A stretch of DNA of 64,000 nucleotides from Marsupella aquatica (lineage: Eukaryota; Plantae; Marchantiophyta): assembly GCA_973895155.1 (NCBI GenBank), contig OZ316896.1, positions 9,683,525-9,747,524 of the forward strand, in the 5' to 3' direction. Made by a program: the position numbers and the translations under genes. Below are positions 38,706 to 50,960 of the stretch, piece by piece. The first letter of the stretch is position 1, and each line of letters begins with the position of its first letter. Below the pieces are notes generated by a model that saw nothing but the letters and a program-made list of their open reading frames with translations, made no database searches and was not told where the DNA came from.

Positions 38706-41047
38706 TCAATGTCTCTGCGAGGGACCAAATTTCCTGCTCGGGATGTGGCCGGCTCTCTCTGCAGTGATCCTTTTTGTCGTACCGTCGTCTTTAATGTCTT
38801 GAAGAACTCTTTGAACCCATTTCTTTTTGTCGTTCAGGCCGGCAAGATGAACCATAAAATCTCCCTTGGCATAAACCCCTGCAGGAAAGTTTTCAGGTCA
38901 GAACATGACGAGAGAAGGCACCCTACTTTTTCTACATCATAAGCTTCTTTCAGGGAAGCCAACTATGAAGGCAACTGCTAACTGTAGACACCTGGCACTG
39001 CCTGGACAATGACGTACACAGCCCAGCCAATAGAGTGCTCAAGCATCTCATACTCACTGATTGAATGGGAGGTGCAAATCAACAAATCTTACAACATCAC
39101 TTACCTTCCCAGATTCGGCTTGTGACTGTCAGAAGCCGAACGGCATTCTTCCAATTAGGCCTCCACAAATTCGAATTGAAGACGCACTGCATGCTTGGAA
39201 TCTTCACATGCTGCCTTTTCTCAGCTTCCGGCATAGTGGCCATCAAATACTTCAGAGCGTCATTGTCCCCACTCTTGCATAATCCAAAAGGCTCCACAAA
39301 TGAAGTTTGGTTCCACCAGAGATCCAAAAAGTATCTGCTCCAATCTGAATTGCGCACAAAAAACATCCCTGCACGCGAAAAACGTCGTGTCATAATCCGC
39401 GCATGGCAACATTCCATGAAATATAGAAACTATAAACAATTTTACATCGCCCGGATTCCTTGCCAACGCTTGGCTGCTTTAACTAACCTGCATTGACTCC
39501 TGCCGCGTCTTCTGTCAAAATCAAATCGGGCATGTGATTCCAATCCGCATTGCCGGCGACGGAATAGATAATGCTCTCCTGTGCAAATAAAGTACAACGT
39601 AATACGTCAGGGAACGCCAATCAAATCACAGCAACGCGACGCAACGCAGCCTCAAACTTGAAGAGTCTAACGCAAAATCCTCCCATCCACTTTTAGAAAA
39701 GAAGTAGAAAACACGAAACGGTCACATGAAACCCTCCTGGACCCTACATTCAAGTCCACAGTCCAAATTCGGGTCTACGTCCAAAGAATTGAAATCACAA
39801 TTTCACACCAAATCAACTGGGATAAAATTGTGTTTGGGCGCTTACAAGAGTGGTGGATGGATTCGTTACAACAGAATCCTGCAGCAACAGAATGAGAACC
39901 GAATGAAAAGAATTAGAACAACCTTCATCACTAAAATTTTCAGGAACACCATCATTTCTTGCAACGTCTCCCTTGCAGAACACAACCTTCATCACTAAAA
40001 TTTTCAGGAACACCATCATTTCTTGCAACGTCTCCATTGCAGAACACAACAATTTAGCATCCGAAGAAGGTAACACCGCAACATCCTCAGCGTCTCCTGT
40101 TTATTTGAGACAGCGGTTGGTGGGCTGGCACGTCTATCAGATCACAATTCAGGAGTGCTACAAACGACAAGTTGGTGTCAAAATCAGAGAAACCGCTACA
40201 GTACAAAGGGTGCAATCGGCTGGCTTATTCCGAACCCAAAGCAGGGAGGTCCCATCGTCCTGTATCGTCCAAAAACGGCCCCAGAAGGCAGTGCAACCAT
40301 AGTAAAATAGTACTTCATGAAAGTACGAACATGATCATGAGGGCCCCAGAGTCTAAAACTGGCACCAGAAGGCAATGCAGCGATTGTATTGAAGCACTTC
40401 ATCGAATTACATCGACGATGAAGGCACCCAACGCAGCAGGTACCAAGAGAGAGAACAGGACGCTAGCAAAGTGCACTTACGGCATCGTTCCAGAAGATAT
40501 AATCGTAGTTGGACAAGTGCTTCTTCACAGCAAGGATCTTACTCCAGCTGGGAGGGCGGTTCTTGTCAAGCACATCACTGGCGTCGATGAAGTCGTACCC
40601 GTGTCGCTCAACATAACTCTGTTTGTTCGGGACGACAAGATCCATCAATCCCTCGAAAGACCTGTGCGGAATGTTTTTTGAGCCGTCAGAGCACGAGACC
40701 ATGGCAAAGTGGTACTTAGTCGGAATGTGGTTTCCAAGATCCGGTACGCACGTTCGCCCCAAGTGATTCGCTCGTCGAAGGAGAGCTCCTGATCCGTGCA
40801 TTACGGGGCCAGCGACCAGCAACAGGCCGAAGATAACAAAAACCAAAGCCCTGACAAAAGTTCTCGAGCATAACCACCAATTTTGGTGCCTTATATCTGT
40901 TTTGGAGAAAGACTCTAGGTGTTCGAACCATCCTCCACCACCTCCATTTCCATTCCGAAAATCGTTTGCTGCTCTCAAAATAAATTGCTCTGAATCTACG
41001 TCCTTTGTTACTCGCCTCTGGGGACATAGCCCAGAGAGCGCAGCCAT
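38706..41047 (-). CDS. GT34 (GMA12/MNN10 family) glycosyltransferase, type II membrane protein, 375 aa, 5 exons
   Basis: Exons 41047-40481, 39878-39846 (33-nt microexon), 39578-39488, 39368-39105, 38878-38706 (phases 0,0,1,1). Motifs NKQSYVERHGY, RPPSWSKI, FWNDA/D (DxD), LTEDAAGVNAGMFFVRNSDWS, GDFMVHLAG. An alternative in-frame ATG is at 41077. Confidence 0.93.
39917..40050. repeat. ~65-bp tandem duplication in GT34 intron 1
   Basis: acaaccttcatcactaaaattttcaggaacaccatcatttcttgcaacgtctcc x2. Confidence 0.9.
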
Positions 41048-42169
41048 GGTTCGCGCTCTAACCGCGATTCGGGTCATGTAACTAGCTCGAACAAGGTACA
41101 GACTTCGCAGCACGACAACAGCCTTGCTTTCCACTCCGTCTCCTCTCCTTACAATGAGCACCCCTACTGCTATTGCCTTCTCTGTTTTCGCTGCTGAACC
41201 GCTCCAACCAGTCGAGTGCCGCTGCCGTGTCCCTACTATTACATCGAGCTGGTCTCTGATCCTGGACCGAGCTAAAATTTCCTAACCACACTGACGCTTG
41301 TGATGTTTTCTGCTACCGTTCAGCCAATAACGTATATCGTCCAAATACTCGAATCATTCCTCCTCTGAGAACAAAAAGACTTTCCCCGCTATACCCTAAT
41401 GTATCCGTCCACAGGTGTCTGACAGTTGAAACCTCCCAATGCAAGCAGCGAAAAAGTGATCCAGATGACGACTAATCGATAGCAACCGCAATGGCAGAAT
41501 ACCCACCAAGACAGCACTCTTTCAGATTCAAACACTGCCTGGACACTGAGAGGACAGACCAGATCTGGTTGGTAACCACCGTTGATGATTCCAATACGAT
41601 CTTCACACGGTCGCACCTGAAGGTTGTATAATATACGAAGCAAAACACAAGCACTGACGGGAAGAGGTGAGAAGAAGGCTCTGCACAGGACACTAAGCAA
41701 ACTTAATGTTGGTACACTGAACGAGAGGAACCAATGGACGACAAAATTCGAACGGGCTGTTGCTCTCAAGCAACCGAGGAACAAGGGTGAATGGACGAAA
41801 TGAGTGAATGCTGCAATCAATGTGAGATGCACAACGCTATGCAGACGACCATTTCACTCCTGAAGGTCGCCCTGCGCCAAACAGGTTGCCAAAGCGGAGA
41901 ACGAGCTATTGTGTAGCACCTACACATTATCATATCCTCCTCTCCTCCGTCTCCTTCCCCTGAAGCTGCAGCACTCAATGAAGGTTCCAGACTCACACGA
42001 GAACCCACTTTCTTCTTCACCCAGAATCGACTTTAAGCCTTATTTGAACTGCCCACAACACTGTCCCCATGCTCTCACTGATCTGCACCAGAACCCACAA
42101 TGGCAGCAGCAGCTTACCAACCCACGACCCAGGTATCGTCGTTCTTCGAAGTGTGTGAGAGAGAGCGAG

Positions 42170-42600
42170 CGAGAGAGTACACACTCCACTCTCCTCCCTC
42201 CCTCCCTCCCTCAATCAATCAATCAAAGCAAAGCCAAGCAAAGCAAGAACCTACCGCGATCTCACCAGACCGCCTTCCCACCTACGATTCGCGGACCCCT
42301 TTTTCTTCACAGCTGACCAAAGCAAGGCAAAGCAAGGCAAAGCAAAGAAAGGCAGGCAGGCAGGCAAATCACGCACTTGCGAACGTAGTAGCATTGTAGG
42401 AAGGGGAGTGTGGCCGCAGCAGCAGCAGTGGTAGTAGGAAGGACGTCAGTGACGACTTCTCTCGACACGCAGTAATGTAGGCTGCTGGCTGGCTGGCAGG
42501 CAGCTAGGCAGCTAGGCAGGCAGGCAGCTAGGCAGGCAGGCAGCAGGCAGCAGGCAAAGCTCTGGTGCCGCAGCAGCAGCAGCAGCAGGGAGGTAGGAAG
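42170..42600. repeat. Microsatellite-rich GT34 promoter/leader: (GA)n, (CCCT)n, (AATC)n, (AAAGC)n, (GGCA)n, (CAG)n
   Basis: Read directly from the sequence. Confidence 0.8.
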
Positions 42601-42989
42601 AGAGGGAGACGGAAGAAGGCAGGAAGGGGCAAAAACAGGCCGAAGAATTAGAAAATATAAAGTTTGCCTGTCGCTCGATATGTTCATTCTCAAGGGTAAT
42701 GTTTGCGGCTTCCGTTTATTTTGGGGTTGGGTTGGGTTGCGTTGGGGTTTTGGGGTTAGTTTTGGGTGAATTATTGGGTTTGCCTCATCTGTCGTCAGTG
42801 CAATTGGGTTGGGTTTGGGATTGGGTTTAATTTGGGTTTGGATGAATTATTGGAATTGTCTCACCTGCCCTCAGTGGAGTTCCCTCTCTCTTCTACATAG
42901 GGGTTAGGTATGTAGTACTATGGGGAGGGTAGGTGTTATTGGTTTTAATTAGGGCCCTTTAATAAATTTCTCTTAATGACTCTCCTATG

Positions 42990-43620
42990 CAGTTTGCTTG
43001 GATTATTCAGTTTGCCTAGCAGTGAGCTGCCCATCCTGAAGAGGGCTGGGACCCCCTTGCCAATCCCCACAGTCCCCTCACCCTTCTGCACATTCCTCGG
43101 GTCCTTTCTCTCTGGAGGGCTGAGACGGTTTGTTATAGTGCCTCTAGACAAATTCCTCTTTGTGATTCTCCAATGCGGTTGACGCCTGGGGTCTACCAGG
43201 CTCACATAGGGATGGGCCCCTTTCCTTCCTGTCCCTAATCCACTCTCTCTTTTGCACATCGAAATACCTTTCTCTACAGAGGGCTTGGGCACTCACAATT
43301 CTGCAGAGGGCCAAGGTTGTTGGTCACAAATTCTTGATAGTGACCCTCCTATGTGGATTACTCTTGAGCTCTACCAGGTTTAATATTCAGTAGGGCTTTA
43401 GTTCCTTCGCATATGAGTGACTCTTGTCTTTTTGGCTCCTCAGTCATCTTCGGTTTTTTTCTTGTTTCCTCCCCAATTTCTCTCCTTTATTGGGTCTCTT
43501 GCCTTAGTATATTGTATCCATGTTTACATTTTTTGTTCTTTGGCAATGTGAGATATATTTGTCTAAGATTTACTACATTGCCACTTTTTTAATCTAAACA
43601 TATACTTTGCCAATTTTTAA
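42990..43620 (+). mobile_element. Old 3' remnant of the CRE-like RLE retrotransposon family
   Basis: GPLSFLSLIHSLFCTSKYLSLQRAWALTILQRAKVVG...LLCGLLLSSTRF (about 43215-43390) aligns with the 32 kb remnant (SVLQRAQVFTILWTGEMIG...LVCSLHLTSTRL) and with the SVTLQRAQ motif. A U-rich tail follows. Frameshifted. Confidence 0.6.
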
Positions 43621-46600
43621 GTACTACATTAATTGTCATCTATTTCCCTTCTTGGTTACGTAAACTTCCTCTAGTAGCTTGAAACATATTGATTATCAAC
43701 ATCTGCCCAGGTAAGCAAATGGATAGTAGTCCATCTCCTCTACTGATTGGGTCTCTTACTTTGGTCCAGCTCAGCCCCCTCTTGGTTGTCTGGCCCACGC
43801 CCCTGCTCCCACTGGTTGGGTGAGCATGGTTGTCAAGGTTAACTTGAGGACAATGCAGATGGTCTCCAAACCAAATACTCACAAGATGTTGATTGTTGGA
43901 TCCTTCAAACTAACCAGAGTTAACCAGCACTGACAAAAGGTGATGCTAATGAAAAACGAGTGACATTTTACTAGAAAGTTGCAAACATAAGCTACTTTCA
44001 AGTCTAGAGTGAGCCTCTAGAGTGTGACTCCAAATAAGAACAAAACCTGACTCCAAAATAAGGACAAAATTGGACTATGAATAAGGACAAAGTGGAGGTG
44101 ACGCCAATATAATGGAGAGATAGCATAGAATTCTGTTTTTTTGTAATGTTCTTGTTGTCTCCATATCTATTTACCTTCAAGGATAGGGTAATCAATCTAG
44201 TTGTATCTATTCTCAGATAATTATACCCCACTGGTTCTTTCGGAGTGTCTCCAAAAGAAGAAAGAACGGCCCTGCTTTGCGGGCAGGAGATGGGGCCGAA
44301 AGAGGGACCCGACAGGTCACACTGGACCTACCCTAGGCGGTCAGAGTGAACTGCCCGGGCCCGCCACCTCCAGCGAATCCAGTTTGGGAGATGCGGTAGA
44401 CAGGACGTCGCGTGCTCAAAAGAACTTTTTTGATGTGCATTCTTTTTTACCAGGGCAGGACAATGTACAGTGCAGCCCCAGCCAACGTCCAGTGAGGGAT
44501 GACAGGGGGAGCTGCCCCGCCCGGTCGGGGTAACTTCCTAGACCTGTTTGGAATGCGACAGACAGGATAAATCTGTTTGGAGCAGTGATTTGAAGGAAAC
44601 TGTTCCCACACGAGCAGTCCTGCCCAGCCCAGCTACTGCCCAGCCCCCAAGGGCGGGGCCGCGGGGCTGACAGGCACAGGAGACAACACCGATGTAGGGG
44701 AGACGGGCAGCCCGGTGAGGAACGTTGGCTGGCTGAATGGCTGGTTACAGTACCTTTTCGTGGCTGGCTGCCCGGCTGGCTGCCTCTCTACAGTAGCTGG
44801 CACCCCTCGAGGGATGGCTGGTCGAGACGGAGGGCTCGGCTGGAGGCTCTACTGCTGCCCGAGATACTTTTACCCATAATAAGCCAGCACAAAAGATGTC
44901 CCTCCTCACCTTTTTTTAATCTTCTCCTTTCCTTTCCCTTCGCTTCCCTTCCCAGTGTTGTCACTGTGTGCTCAGTTTAATCCATGTAAAGCCCAATTTC
45001 CCTCCCTTCTGTTTTGGAAGGTGAAACCGCCTCAGAGCATGCTTTTTAGTCAAGGGGAAACCCATATTTAAACCCCTATTTCGCTCCTCCAAATTTGTAA
45101 AGAGGGTGAAATCGCCTTAGAGCATGATTTTTAAAGGGAAATTCACTCAAAGCAAGTTGGCAACTACAGTAGCTCCTCCCAGGCACCAAAAACCCTGGTT
45201 TATATTTTTGTATCTTTAATATAATTGGTACAAGGCACCTGTGGTGCATAACACGTTTTACCCGCCTGGAGCAACTTGGTACAATTAGCTTTTAATATGT
45301 AGAAGCAGATTCTGAGGAAGGGCATTTTGGGAGGGGATTGAATCATGTGGACCTGGGCCTCCTATTTGAGTTTTAACCATGATTTTATTGAGGAAAGGAT
45401 AAGATGTTTTATTTGAAGAACATTTGACGTTTTTATAACAATTAACATGTGATTTCCAAAGGAAAAAAACAGATAATATCCATACAGACTACCATGATAC
45501 TCCACATTTGTTAACCGAAGCTAGCAAATAGACACAAATAGAAAAGGAAGGTATTTGTCATTTCACGATTAGTAAACGCATCTGCATCCTCATTTAATCT
45601 AAACCATCCAAACTGGACATGACCTCCCGTAGTTAATTACCAGAGTTCCATGTGTTGTTACATTACTATATATTACAAACTTGATCGTCTGTTTCTTTCC
45701 TTTCATTAGCTTTGGTGTTTCTATGATTTATAAATTTTGGTGGAAAACTTGATTGCGGAGACAAACAAGAAGTTAATGCTTAGATGGACCATGACCTTTA
45801 ACCTAAGAAGTCTATGGACACTTTTTGACCCCCCTAACGGCCCCCTACAGGTCAATCATACCAATGAAAATAAAGTATCAGGATAGTCCATCATTTTTGG
45901 CAATCTACGCAAGCATCGTGTCAGACATTATGGCCTATAAGGCCTGGTTGCCGATCTCATTGGTTTAACACATTGGATTCTATTTAGCCGGTTTAGGTTC
46001 AACTCATGTTGTAGGTGCCATAGATGCTTGGTAGTTGGTAGGAACTATTTATAAAAATAATGCACAGAATATAAATTGAGGACTTTCCTGCAAGCCAATT
46101 GCGTGGCTTGAGGTTTCCTTGAACACAAACTAGCAATCTATGGACATTTTGATATTTAGTCAATTACTCAAAAAATCCAGCTCAATTGGCCAGGGTGACT
46201 TGTGACCAACAGGTCTCAAGCTTAATTGTGTGACCCGACCACACAATTAAGCGTTTGTGTGGCAATGGGTTCTGTATCTGCATGTAACATGGGTTCTATT
46301 CCGAAACTATCTGAGACAGATTTAATGTGTTACCCGTCAGAGGTGCTTGTTGTAGTTGTAGAAACATTGAGGATTTTATGCTGCCTTCCACATGGGTGGC
46401 TTCCCCTCCAAAATAATAAATATAAAAATATGTGTTTTTGAGTAATTTGACTCACAACAATCACCTGAAAGAAGACTCAGTGGCTCACCACATCAAAGTT
46501 TATGTTACCAGATATGTTACCATCATGGCCCTTGGTTTCCCTTGGCGGGAGTTAGTCCCAAATGGTAATTTTAACTGCAAATTACAGTATGGCCCAGCCT

Positions 46601-48651
46601 AATGCTTGTGCAATTGCACTGTCTTTCAATAGTATATGATGTTAAGTGCACTTGTTGTCGAGTATAAGTGAGATGACCAGACAATCAACCACTATAGGGA
46701 GTTGGCAAATTGGTGTGGAAATTGGATATGAAGGAGTGTGCAAGTTGAGAAGAGTGACAGGTTAGGCAATGAAAAGGTGCACAGTGGCACCTTTAGGTCA
46801 ATCTATTGCTCAAGAAAAACATGACCATAATCAGATTGGCACCCCAAGCTTCTAGGTGGAAAAACATTTTGTAAGCCATGAAAATGAAAGATGGAGATTG
46901 CATATTTTAGTGTTTAGACCAGACTGTCCTCCTTTCCCCTTGGCTGCTTTCAACGGGCTGTGGGCAACCAACCCGCTCAACAAAGCGAGCCAGCTAGAAA
47001 GTGTGGGCAACACCTATTCAGTTTTACTGGTCCTTTTCCAAAAACAAAACCTGCATTAAAATATGGACACAATAATATTCTTCTTTCCAACCCGCCACAC
47101 CACACCACGGCACACCCGCACAACAAAAGAAGAGAACATGCCACCACCATCCACTCTTGCCCCCGGGCAGACAAGAAAACTCAGTTTTTAATTCCAGCCC
47201 GCGGGCACGAGGTGGGTGGCTGGATGCCCAAGGAGTGAGCTCAAAACTCTACACTCTGCCCGACGGGGGAAGAAAGGGAAAGCAAACAACAGATCCCGAA
47301 TCCCAGTGGTACTACGGGCAGTAAGTACTACTGTATCCCACTGCCGCCATTCCACCCCACATGCTGCCCGAGCCAATCCGGAGCCTCCCTTCGGACTTCG
47401 CAGATCCGGGTTGATGCACGGTAACGGTAATTCCCTACAGCCGGCCTTGCTGCCCGTATCAGCTCCTTCCCAAAAGATCCCTTCCTTCCTCGGAAGTCAG
47501 CATCGGGACCGTCGTTTCTATTATATTCACGGTCAGATCGTCTCTAAGGCCCCCCGCCCGCGGGCAAACGAAACCTTGTATCGACATTCGACAGCCTCTC
47601 GGAGTCCGGGATTATTTTTTCACACAAGTGCCCCCCCCTGGCCCCCTGGGAGAATGATGGTACTTGCCCGTGCGTCAGAATGATGCCCCGTCCGACGCGA
47701 ACCCCGGGTCGGTCAGCTGTTAGTGGGTCAAATTTACCGAACGTTGGGATACGGGCAGGGGAGGGCAAACATGAACTCGAGAGAGACAAAGCGGAGGAGC
47801 AAATGTAGAAGATGCTAGTTTAGCAGTGCCATAAACCGGTCTCCTTTGTCTTTTCATTTGAATCCAAACCCCCTTTTACACCGTTTGAAATCTCAAGTTG
47901 GCTTTCTGTAAGTGCGAGCGCCATAAGTGCAAAATCTGAATAACTGCAATGTTTCATATTCTTCCCTTACAGACATGGGGTTTGCACTTATGCACCTTAT
48001 GTTAGAGCAAAAATCCCTGAAATATTCTAAAATTGACAACTTAGTGCAATCTTTCCCTAACTGTACATGTAGACTGGGTAAACACAAAATCTTGTGATGA
48101 CGCCTAGAGAGGCATAGTTGATTGAGACTCATAAGTTTAGAGTTCTAATGTTGTGTCTTATTATTCCCTTGATTTAACGTGGTCTTCCTTAATAGAGTAA
48201 AAAATAAGTCTATAGAATAGGGCACAAAATTCACGGAAATACAAATATTGCTTTGAGAGTCAGGAGACTTCTCACGGGACACGATGTGGACTCTTATCAA
48301 TAAGTGCCACACTTCTATGGGTTTGCACTTCTTACTTAGTGCAAGATAACCCGGTATGCTTCTGCCACGTAGTATGCACTTAGAGAGGGTGGAATAATGT
48401 CGTGGAAACGGTAAATGCGGTAACGGGCACCCAGCGGCAGAGAGGTACTGTATACGAATGGCGTACGGAGAAAAGCATGGGCGCATGCCCGGATGTTGCT
48501 CTGCACCCAGAGGTACGATGAGTCATCATAACGAGGAACAATAACAGAGGCCCTCTGTACGAGACGGGCAGTGGGGCAGGGGGCATGGGCCTGGCCAGGC
48601 ATGGATGAATCCAGTTGTGCCATCCAGGTTCGCCACGGTTTAATACGCAAC

Positions 48652-49175
48652 CCCCAAATATTATTCTCCTTGTTTTCGTTTTTTAAGTAAGACATTTTAT
48701 TTGATGACCCTTTAGACCAATTGAATTACGATCTATCATTGGTCTATCAACGGTCTCCGATGTGACCCATCTAGTAACACTTTTCAGTTTGAATATCATA
48801 AAAGAAAAGGGCTTCTTTTCGAATAAAGGTATTGATTGAAAATGAGTCGTACACTGAAAAGTGAATGTTTACATTAAAATGAGGATGAATAGAATGGCGT
48901 GACTCTGATTGGAGAAAAATATTCATTATTTTATATTTCTAATGAATGAATGACGCAAGGCTAGTTCAAATATTTTTTTTGGTCACTGTTCAATACGCAA
49001 AGCCAAAATAATTTTCTCCTTGTTTTCGTTTTTAAAGTAAATGTATACACTGAAGATAATTTGTACACTGAAATGTCAGTGTTCACATTAAGATGAGGAT
49101 GAATATAATCGTGCTATCCTGATTCGAGCAAATTTTCTTATTTTATATCCTGCGAAATGAGGCAATGCTTGTTCA
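48652..49175. repeat. Diverged AT-rich direct duplication
   Basis: aatacgcaa...attctccttgttttcgttttt (about 48642 and 48992) and tacactgaaa...acattaa.atgaggatgaata (about 48849 and 49064). Confidence 0.75.
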
Positions 49176-50960
49176 CCTTTTGAAAATATTAGTGATAATT
49201 ATCTGGGACTTTGTGTGCAAAAGTAAATGGCAACATTTTGGCAAAACCTAGAGTTCCATCCTGGCTTCATTTCAATACCGAATACATTGAGAGGTCAGTG
49301 TTGGCATCAAAATGGCTAGTGACTTCTTAAATGCTGGTGCTTCACAACCAGGTATAAGTTCGATAATAATTTACTTTTTGCACCTACAGTTATGGGACTA
49401 GGATAGAGTTGTAAATAAAAGAGCTAATGCCAGGAAATGACACAACTAGTGTAAGGGTCCCGGCTCTATACAGGACAAAGAGCAGAATCTAATTTTGGAC
49501 TGCAAAAATTAAGTCTGCTTCAGTCTCCACAAGCTGGGGAGAGAACTAGCTGCAGCTACCTAATCATAATCAAAATTCAGATGGTGGACGAACATTACCT
49601 CGCCATGAGCAAAGTTCATGTATGGGTCAGTGCTGACTTGTGGGCCATGCTAGAGACCTTTGATCGTTAGCTGATCTATCTTGGTGTAAACCAAATTTGT
49701 AGCAGTTAAATTTGAGTCTGATTTGAACATAGGGGTGATTCATGAAGGAAGAAAGCTAGTCTACAAATCGGACAAGAGCTGTTGTGGGGCTGGAAGTCAG
49801 CCGAAGCTGTGAAATTGTTGGTTCATTACAATATCATGCACAGCAGGAGCTACTAGAGCAGATGTTGCAGTGGACAGAGTTGAAGTTGATTTTTTACTTT
49901 GAATTGATTCCCCTAAACGTCAAAGATGTTTGGTTGGGCAAAGACTAGTAGGGTGATCAAAATAAGACCCGGAGAACTCGTTCTAAGAGTGTGGACACAT
50001 CGTCCAAAATGAACAAAAGCAAACAATTACAAATATGAGCATGAAAGGTGCTTTAATGCCTACAATTTCGGACCTTCGTTATCCGTCACTTCGGTCTGTC
50101 TGTCCATTCACAAAATACACCCCCAATCACTCTGTAGATGGCCCCAATTCTTTTGCTTTCCCATCATGCCCACAAATGAGAACTGTTGCCACTAACTAGG
50201 CAGCTGCAATTCTGTGCATCCATACGGTTGAAGCGTACTTTTACTTCCACCCTGCATCTCCAAGCAACACATAAGACTAGCTAACAATTTCAAGCCAATA
50301 TCCCCCCCATTGAACTATCAAGCAGGAGATTGGGTATATCTGACAATAATGGTTTCCAAAATGTGCTGGGCCACCTACAGTCGACACTCGTTGACAATGT
50401 TTGGCAATAATTAAGTAGAAACTTCACGTACCTTTCCTTGGCATGCCTCTATTTGTACTACGTGACTGGCACTCCCAAAAAGAGGTTGTTGTGTGCCATT
50501 TACAAGAATTCCTGTTGAAGAACGAACAAGGAACGACTGACTGTAATGAGATTTTCCTAAAAGGTGAGATCTCACTGCTCTTCACTTAAAATTCACTTCC
50601 ATGACACCCCTTCAACCTTGCAAAGTCCACCTTAAAATACGGAACTTCCGAGTTAAGAACACGTACCACATATCTCCATGACGATCACGCGGATGCATCA
50701 GACTAAGAAGGAATGTTCAACACCATAATCTGGAGAACACACCAGCAATCATTAGTTTTCTTACATGCCCGACTTGTGGTTCTTTCAAATCTTTTCTCCT
50801 ATAAACTAAAAGTTCTGCAAGTTTCTTGCCTCATCTCATTTGACTTCAGCTTAGAGTCAAATCCACGGAAGAAGAAGTGATGCTTCTCTTCGAGATGAAC
50901 CCGCCACTAAAGTAGATTCTCCCCGCGCTTAGAGAGAAAGAGGCAAAATGCTGGCTTTGA

